DNA of 32,000 nucleotides from Coprobacillaceae bacterium (lineage in GTDB: Bacteria; Bacillota_I; Bacilli_A; Erysipelotrichales; Coprobacillaceae), in the NCBI GenBank assembly GCA_963675515.1, contig OY776328.1, positions 1,890,001-1,922,000 of the forward strand, given 5' to 3'. Made by a program: the position numbers and the translations under genes. Under the pieces are notes generated by a model. The model worked only from the letters and a program-made list of their open reading frames with translations. It searched no databases and was not told the DNA's origin. Within the stretch, counting starts at the first letter, position 1. Every line of letters begins with the position of its first letter. Positions 26,363-32,000 of the stretch are shown here, one piece after another.

Positions 26363-28115
26363 TTTTTACCTCTTTTTTCAAATTTATAATTTCCATAGCT
26401 AATTTGTTTTTTTGTTCCAGATCGATGCTTTCGTTCATCTTAACGATCAGAAAGTCTATTTTTTCCATGATGATTTTTTCCTTGACCAGGGAAATGTAGT
26501 CCTCAACCGCATGAGAGTCATTTGCCAAAGGCAAATCAAGCCGGGCAATGGCGATGATGGCCTTTTGATAATTCCCGTCAGGGAGGCATTCCAGAAAATC
26601 CGCCACATCCAGCGACTCGTTGCGACTGTAATGATCCAGGATATAATTGGCTATAAGCTGGTATGATTTGTCGATCATGAAGCCCAGCTTCGATTCGTAC
26701 ATCTTTGCGAGTTTCTTGTTATGGAGCATGTAGTACAACAGCCCCTGCTGGGCCTGGTCATACTTGTCGATCACCTTGGCCGGTTTGACAAATCGGGGCT
26801 GGAAACCCGCAGGTGCCACGTTGGCAACAGGCTTGCTGCTTTTAAGCAATGATTCCACAATAGACGGGGCCACACCGGCGATCTTCGACAGTTTATCGAT
26901 ATAGTAGTCCCGGTCAAACTGATTGTCCATCTTCTGGATGTGGGCCGTCATTTTGACAAGAAACTGCTTTTTCTCTTCGTAATTGTTGAGGTTTGTCGTC
27001 CTGGCTTCATGGTCGAGCAGGAACTCGAATGCGCCGGGCGCATTCGCAACAAAACTTGCAAGATGCTCCTTTGAACTGGATTCCAATATTTCATCAGGGT
27101 CACTTCCTTCAGGAAGATTGACAACCCGGATATTGAAATCCTGGTTGCTTAGCGCTTCGATGATCTTGACTGTCGCCTGCTTGCCGGCCTTGTCTCCGTC
27201 CAGCGAGAGGATGATGTTTTTTGTCAGCCGCCTGATTGCGCTCAGGTGATTTTTCGTAAATGCCGTCCCCATCAAGGCTACGGCATTTTCAATCCCCGCC
27301 TTGTAGTAGGCAATGACATCCATGAAACCTTCGCATATGACAACAACATCCTTTTCCCTGATTGTTTTGATTGCCCGATGATAATTGTAGAGAATGTTCC
27401 CCTTAACAAAAATCTTCGTCTCGGGTGAATTGATGTACTTTGGCACATTGGGATTGTCATCGAATATCCGGCCCGAAAAAGCGACCACCTGCCCGGCCAT
27501 GTTGTGGATGGGAAAGATTATCCGGTGTTCGAACAGGTCCCGCCCATCAAACGACTCGATTACAAGGCCGGTCTGGACCATTGTCTTGAAATCGATACCC
27601 TTTTGAGTGAATGCCTTGGTCAGGACATTGCCATGGGGCGCATATCCGATATTGAAATAACTGATGACATCCTGGGTCATGTTGCGCTTGTTGAGATATT
27701 CCTTGGCTATGAGTCCCTGATTGGTGAACAGATAAAAGCTGTACAAGTTCATCGCATCATCCTGTAGCGTGTATAGGGGATCACTCGGTGTTGAGCGAGA
27801 AGCCTGGTGATCAAGCTGATAGCTCGACAAATCGATACCCGCCATGGAAGCGACTGTTTTCACCGATTCGATAAAGGAGATCTTGTTGTAATTCTCCACA
27901 AAGTCGAACACATTGCCTCCGGCATTGCAGACAAAGCAATGGTAAATCTGCTTTTCTGGCGAGACTGAAAGCGAAGGATTGGAATCCTCATGGAACGGAC
28001 ACAAACCTTTGTAGTTGCGGCCGCTTTTTTCCAGGGCGATATAATTGCCCACGACATCAACGATATCGACCGCCTGCCGGATTTCTTGAATTTTTTCTCT
28101 TGGCAAACGCGCCAT
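26346..28115 (-). CDS. dnaG: DNA primase
   Basis: Zn-ribbon [13 protein letters not shown]...[14 protein letters not shown] motifs EGFMDV and LDGDKAG. ATG 28115. The track start 28118 is TTG. Confidence 0.95.
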   Translation of the reverse strand: MARLPREKIQEIRQAVDIVDVVGNYIALEKSGRNYKGLCPFHEDSNPSLSVSPEKQIYHCFVCNAGGNVFDFVENYNKISFIESVKTVASMAGIDLSSYQLDHQASRSTPSDPLYTLQDDAMNLYSFYLFTNQGLIAKEYLNKRNMTQDVISYFNIGYAPHGNVLTKAFTQKGIDFKTMVQTGLVIESFDGRDLFEHRIIFPIHNMAGQVVAFSGRIFDDNPNVPKYINSPETKIFVKGNILYNYHRAIKTIREKDVVVICEGFMDVIAYYKAGIENAVALMGTAFTKNHLSAIRRLTKNIILSLDGDKAGKQATVKIIEALSNQDFNIRVVNLPEGSDPDEILESSSKEHLASFVANAPGAFEFLLDHEARTTNLNNYEEKKQFLVKMTAHIQKMDNQFDRDYYIDKLSKIAGVAPSIVESLLKSSKPVANVAPAGFQPRFVKPAKVIDKYDQAQQGLLYYMLHNKKLAKMYESKLGFMIDKSYQLIANYILDHYSRNESLDVADFLECLPDGNYQKAIIAIARLDLPLANDSHAVEDYISLVKEKIIMEKIDFLIVKMNESIDLEQKNKLAMEIINLKKEVKNGGKS

Positions 28116-28129
28116 CAAATCAGACCTTT

Positions 28130-29503
28130 CTAAAACTTAACCAGATTATTGAAGTATGCTTCAAGCTCGTCAATGTTCATCCGAACCTGTTCCATGCTGT
28201 CCCGTTCCCTTACAGTCACGGTATTGTCTTCAAGAGTGTCGAAATCGACGGTCACGCAATAAGGCGTTCCAATCGCATCCTGACGGCGGTAACGTTTACC
28301 GATTTGTCCGGCAAGATCGAACTCGCAGTTGAAATGCTTGATCAGTTTCGCATACACTTCTTCCCCTTTTTCACTTTGTTTCTTGGTCAAAGGGAGGATG
28401 GCAACTTTCACCGGGGCGATTTTTGGATCAAGATGCATGACCGTTCTTATGGTTCCATCTTCCAAAGTCTCGTCTTCGATACTGTCGCAAAGAAGCGCCA
28501 AGAAAAGGCGGTCCGCTCCAACTGAAGGCTCGATTACATATGGCAGGTATTTTTCATTTGTTGTGGGATCAAGATATTCCAGGTTCTTTTTGGAAACTTC
28601 CTGATGCCGTCCCAGATCGTAATCGGTACGGTCGGCGATTCCCCAAAGCTCGCCCCAACCGAATGGATAATTGTATTCCACATCGCAGGTAGCTTTAGAA
28701 TAGAATGACAGCTCTTCAGGCTGGTGGTCTCGGAATTTGAGATTGTCCGCATTCAAGCCAAGATCGAGCAGGAAGCTGCGGCATTGTTCCTTCCAGTATT
28801 CGAACCATTCCAGATCAGTTCCCGGCTGACAGAAAAACTCAAGTTCCATCTGTTCGAATTCACGGGTTCTGAAAATGAAGTTGCCCGGAGTGATCTCATT
28901 TCTGAATGATTTTCCGATCTGCCCGATACCGAAAGGAACCTTCTTGCGGGAAGTGCGCTGGATGTTTTTGAAGTTGACAAAAATCCCCTGCGCCGTCTCC
29001 GGACGCAGATAAACCACATCCTTGGCATCCTCGACAACCCCCATATGGGTTTCAAACATCAGTTTGAACTGGCGGACATCCGTGAAGTCCCCTGATCCGC
29101 AGTTAGGGCAAGTGATGTTGTGGTCTTTGATGTATTTTATCACTTCATCGTTTTCCCATCCTTCGCTATGGACTTCCGGGTCATATGCTTCAATCAGCTT
29201 GTCGGCCCGATGGCGCGTTTTGCACGATTTGCAATCTATCAGCGGATCCGAGAAACCGTCGACATGTCCTGAAGCTTCCCATACCTTTGAATTCATGAAG
29301 ATAGCCGAATCCAATCCGACATTGTAAGGCGACTCCTGGATGAATCTCTTCCACCAGGCCTGCTTGATGTTGTTTTTCAGTTCAACCCCCAACGGACCGT
29401 AATCCCAGGTGTTCGCCAACCCGTCATAGATTTCCGAACCCTGGTAGACAAACCCCTGGCTCTTTGCATGGGCGACCAATTTTTCCATATCGTAATTACT
29501 CAT
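28130..29503 (-). CDS. glyQS: Glycine--tRNA ligase (alpha2 type)
   Basis: 457 aa. Motifs [58 protein letters not shown]. Confidence 0.96.
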   Translation of the reverse strand: MSNYDMEKLVAHAKSQGFVYQGSEIYDGLANTWDYGPLGVELKNNIKQAWWKRFIQESPYNVGLDSAIFMNSKVWEASGHVDGFSDPLIDCKSCKTRHRADKLIEAYDPEVHSEGWENDEVIKYIKDHNITCPNCGSGDFTDVRQFKLMFETHMGVVEDAKDVVYLRPETAQGIFVNFKNIQRTSRKKVPFGIGQIGKSFRNEITPGNFIFRTREFEQMELEFFCQPGTDLEWFEYWKEQCRSFLLDLGLNADNLKFRDHQPEELSFYSKATCDVEYNYPFGWGELWGIADRTDYDLGRHQEVSKKNLEYLDPTTNEKYLPYVIEPSVGADRLFLALLCDSIEDETLEDGTIRTVMHLDPKIAPVKVAILPLTKKQSEKGEEVYAKLIKHFNCEFDLAGQIGKRYRRQDAIGTPYCVTVDFDTLEDNTVTVRERDSMEQVRMNIDELEAYFNNLVKF

Positions 29504-29532
29504 AAGACATCTCCTTTTTTATATAAATGTAA

Positions 29533-29555
29533 AAGACTTGGTATGCCCAAGCCTT
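29533..29555 (-). terminator. Hairpin plus T-run in the short glyQS leader (hydrolase terminator or attenuator)
   Basis: AAGACTTGG (29533-29541) pairs with CCAAGCCTT (29547-29555) with 1 mismatch. On the minus strand it is followed by TTTTACATTT. Confidence 0.45.
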
Positions 29556-29590
29556 CATTTTAAATATTTTTATTCGATAATAAGATACCT

Positions 29591-29835
29591 TTACAGCCGG
29601 ATTTTGTCAACCAATTATAAGGGTACTAGTAGTAGGTGTGCCTTTCGAGCCAGTCGACTACCTGCCAATAGACATCCTTGTGTTTGATTTCATGAAGGAT
29701 ATCCATCCGCATTTCAGGGTATATCTTCATTTCGATATCTTTGATGCCTTGTTTTTTATAACTGCTGTAAAGCCACGTGACGCCCTTGCCATAGCCTCCA
29801 AAAAAATCATCCTGGCCTGAAAGCAGCAGGACTCC
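29591..29835. repeat. Long direct repeat, copy 1 (probable IS1634-type target duplication)
   Basis: 29591-29806 is identical by eye to 31785-32000 (216 bp, limited by the window end). Copy 1 continues to the IS left inverted repeat at 29836. Confidence 0.8.
29626..29835 (-). pseudogene. Orphan 3' fragment of an alpha/beta-hydrolase gene (duplicate of 31820-32000)
   Basis: ...GVLLLSGQDDFFGGYGKG...IYPEMRMDILHE...VVDWLERHTYY is a C-terminal hydrolase segment with the catalytic-His region. Its 5' part is replaced by the IS end. The track start (TTG 29847) lies inside the IS inverted repeat. Confidence 0.65.
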
Positions 29836-29942
29836 CTTGTTTGACAACTCAATGTGTAACCTTTTGCTAAAACATCATATATTCCATTGATTCTATGCGA
29901 ACTTTTGTTCGCTATTTTTGTCAACACTTTCTGATTTTATTG

Positions 29943-29971
29943 TTGTGAAATGTATTGAAATGTGGTATAAT
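29943..29971 (+). promoter_or_regulatory. Transposase promoter inside the IS left end
   Basis: TTGTGA (29943-29948), a 17-nt spacer, TGgTATAAT (29963-29971). Confidence 0.45.
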
Positions 29972-29991
29972 TGGCTTAGGCAGGTGATTTC

Positions 29992-31677
29992 ATGTTCCTA
30001 AAGAAGACTAAAAACAAGGATAGAATCTATTTATCGTACATTCATTCTTACCGAGAAGGCAAGAAAATCAAGCAAGTTACAATTAAGAAACTGGGTTATG
30101 TGGATGATTTGATGGCTACTTACGACGACCCTATCAAATACTTCACTGATAACCTTAAGAAATTCGAAAAAGAGCTAATGCCTGAACTTGATAACGTCAC
30201 TATCGAGCTTTCGCGCACTAAGGACATTGATTTCGATACCAACCGATTTTTCAATTTCGGCTATGCACCGCTTAAGCAGATTTACAATGACCTCGGGCTT
30301 TATGACTACTTTGTCAAATATCAAAAGAAGTCTATCTCAAAATACACCATCAATGAAATTATAAAGCTTCTAGTATTTTCAAGAATTATCCATCCCGGAT
30401 CAAAAAACGAGAACTTTTCTAAGAAGGATCAATTTTTTGAGCGGTTCAATTTTGAAGTTCATGATATTTACCGTTGTCTTTCAGAGGTTTCCGATCTATC
30501 TCAAGAAATCCAATCCGTAATCAATAAATCCATCAAGTCAAAATATGGAAGAGACGATAATCTCGCATATTATGATTGCACCAATTATTATTTCGAGATA
30601 AATCAAGAAGATGAGTTGAGACGAAAAGGTCCTAGCAAGGAGAAAAGAAAAACTCCCATTGTTCAAATGGGATTACTAATGGATTCAAATGGGTTTCCGA
30701 TATCTTACAATATCTTCCCTGGTAATAAATCAGAAAAATTATCTTTAGTTCCTGAGGTAAAAAGACTTCGAAAGAACAATGGAATCGATAAGATAATTGT
30801 GGTAGCTGATCGCGGGCTCAATACTAGCGATAATATTTATCAGCTTGTCGGAAAAAGAGATGGGTACGTCTATTCGCAAACCATCAGGGGCTCTTCAGCC
30901 AAATTCAAAGATTATGTATTGGACGAAAGTGGCTACGTGATTACCGAGAGCGGATTTAAGTACAAAGAAAGAGTTGAGAAAAAATATATCAATTATACTG
31001 ACACAAATGGCGAAAAGAAGAGAGCAAGTGTTCCACAAAAACAAATAGTTTTCTATAGTCCTGATTACGACAAAAGGGCAAAAGCTCTAAGATACGAAGC
31101 CATCAAGAAAGCCGAATCCTACGTTAAGTCACCAGGAAAATACAAGAGTTCTAAGGGTTATGGAGCAGCGAAGTTTGTCAACGAGACAAATTACAACGAT
31201 ATTACCGGAGAAGTAGTTGAACAGTTTTTGGAGCTTGATCTGGATAAAATTTCTGAAGAAGAGAAATTCGATGGATATTATTCGATAGTAACAAGCGAAA
31301 TCGAGAAATCATCTGAAGAAGTAATAGAAATATACAGGGGCTTGTGGCGAATTGAAGAATCGTTCAAAATCACTAAATCAGAATTCAAAGCAAGACCGGT
31401 TTATCTTAGCCGAGAAGAAAGGATAAACAGTCATTTTCTAACGTGCTTCATCGCATTGGCAATAATGAGGGTACTGGAATACGAATTAGGCAGAAAACAC
31501 GCCGTATCATCGATAATCGAAGCAATGAGGGAGTGTATCCTCATTAACGTAAACAATAATAATTATATTCCAGGAAACAGAAATAAGATAATGGATGAAA
31601 TCGGTCAAAAGTATGGGATAAATTTTAACCGTCAAGTATACACTCGCCAAGATATAAAAAAAATTTTGAAAAATTAA
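29992..31677 (+). CDS. IS1634-family (IS4-related DDE) transposase
   Basis: 561 aa. The N-terminus MFLKKTKNKDRIYLSYIHSYREGKKIKQVTIKKLGY is typical of IS1634-family proteins. DDE candidates are YYDCTNYYFE and VVADRGLNT, with the C-terminal YRGLWRIEESFKITK (Y-2-R-3-E-6-K). Confidence 0.9.
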   Translation: MFLKKTKNKDRIYLSYIHSYREGKKIKQVTIKKLGYVDDLMATYDDPIKYFTDNLKKFEKELMPELDNVTIELSRTKDIDFDTNRFFNFGYAPLKQIYNDLGLYDYFVKYQKKSISKYTINEIIKLLVFSRIIHPGSKNENFSKKDQFFERFNFEVHDIYRCLSEVSDLSQEIQSVINKSIKSKYGRDDNLAYYDCTNYYFEINQEDELRRKGPSKEKRKTPIVQMGLLMDSNGFPISYNIFPGNKSEKLSLVPEVKRLRKNNGIDKIIVVADRGLNTSDNIYQLVGKRDGYVYSQTIRGSSAKFKDYVLDESGYVITESGFKYKERVEKKYINYTDTNGEKKRASVPQKQIVFYSPDYDKRAKALRYEAIKKAESYVKSPGKYKSSKGYGAAKFVNETNYNDITGEVVEQFLELDLDKISEEEKFDGYYSIVTSEIEKSSEEVIEIYRGLWRIEESFKITKSEFKARPVYLSREERINSHFLTCFIALAIMRVLEYELGRKHAVSSIIEAMRECILINVNNNNYIPGNRNKIMDEIGQKYGINFNRQVYTRQDIKKILKN

Positions 31678-31718
31678 TATTCGGATCTATTTCACAACAT
31701 AAAAATCAAAATCAAAAA

Positions 31719-31759
31719 CCGCTGAAACCCTTATTATGTCTAGGTTTCAACGGTTTTTT
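31719..31759 (+). terminator. Terminator downstream of the IS1634 transposase
   Basis: CCGCTGAAACC (31719-31729) pairs with GGTTTCAACGG (31743-31753) at 10/11 bp, followed by TTTTTT. Confidence 0.7.
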
Positions 31760-31784
31760 ACACACTATGGGTGTCAAACTCAAG

Positions 31785-32000
31785 TTACAGCCGGATTTTG
31801 TCAACCAATTATAAGGGTACTAGTAGTAGGTGTGCCTTTCGAGCCAGTCGACTACCTGCCAATAGACATCCTTGTGTTTGATTTCATGAAGGATATCCAT
31901 CCGCATTTCAGGGTATATCTTCATTTCGATATCTTTGATGCCTTGTTTTTTATAACTGCTGTAAAGCCACGTGACGCCCTTGCCATAGCCTCCAAAAAAA
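31785..32000. repeat. Long direct repeat, copy 2 (truncated by the window end)
   Basis: Identical to 29591-29806. Confidence 0.8.
31820..32000 (-). CDS. Alpha/beta hydrolase (lysophospholipase-like), 3' end; gene continues beyond the window
   Basis: Same reading frame and stop (rc cta 31820-31822) as the fragment at 29626. This copy is contiguous with sequence to the right of the window, so it is probably the intact gene. Confidence 0.6.
   Translation of the reverse strand, partial: FFGGYGKGVTWLYSSYKKQGIKDIEMKIYPEMRMDILHEIKHKDVYWQVVDWLERHTYY

Larger units (their letters stand above)
29836..31784 (+). mobile_element. IS1634-family insertion sequence, ~1.95 kb
   Basis: Imperfect terminal inverted repeats: CTTGTTTGACAACTCAATGTGTAA (29836-29859) versus rc of 31758-31784 (CTTGAGTTTGACACCCATAGTGTGTAA). 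A single 561-aa transposase, flanked by the long direct repeat. Confidence 0.8.

Noticed and set aside
29504-29625. Search for a T-box riboswitch upstream of glyQS (present in B. subtilis)
   Set aside because: The leader is only ~120 nt. I could not find the conserved T-box sequence (AAnnnGGGTGGTACCGCG-like) or a specifier-loop architecture, only a simple hairpin. A T-box is probably absent in this lineage. I did not take this further.
1-32000. Scan for rRNA, tRNA, tmRNA/RNase P-like genes, CRISPR arrays, group II introns, retron/DGR reverse transcriptases and prophage genes
   Set aside because: All intergenic gaps over 100 bp were read. They are accounted for by promoters, terminators, IS ends or the small-ORF region. 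No regularly spaced repeats or cloverleaf-like sequences were seen by eye. A tRNAscan/Infernal run would be needed for certainty.

Overview
This looks like a chromosomal segment of a low-GC Gram-positive bacterium (Bacillota). The lineage is inferred only from protein signatures and from gene order resembling the Bacillus 'yqf' region. Core genes are ntdp (partial), ackA, a DUF1275/YoaK membrane protein, rpsO, lepB, an M18 aminopeptidase, a small XRE regulator, fmt, rpsT, pepF, ispG, nfo, a DEAD-box helicase, ispH, nif3, trmK, sigA, dnaG and glyQS. There is also a translationally coupled four-gene PspA module (pspA, SPFH/Zn-ribbon, triple Zn-ribbon membrane protein, TPM). Three unrelated insertion sequences are present. 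One is an IS1202-group ISNCY element flanked by a 31-bp target duplication, sitting directly against the rpsO promoter. One is an IS200/IS605 element with apparently intact tnpA and tnpB and a structured 3' region (putative omega RNA). One is an IS1634-family element flanked by a direct repeat of at least 216 bp that duplicates the 3' end of an alpha/beta-hydrolase gene. Positions ~2.5-10.2 kb form an IS-dense, compositionally uneven accessory patch. It holds everything I cannot assign to housekeeping: a MazF/PemK-like ORF with an N-terminal extension and a tandem truncated acidic copy of that extension behind a perfect palindrome, two tiny SD-preceded ORFs, an AT-rich 210-aa orphan, and a monocistronic 587-aa protein with PEPCK-like motif order but an HprK-type P-loop. 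I saw no rRNA, tRNA or CRISPR array. I did not find a clear multi-gene novel system. The best candidates are the MazF-like tandem module and the 587-aa kinase-like protein, and both need profile or structure searches that I cannot run here.
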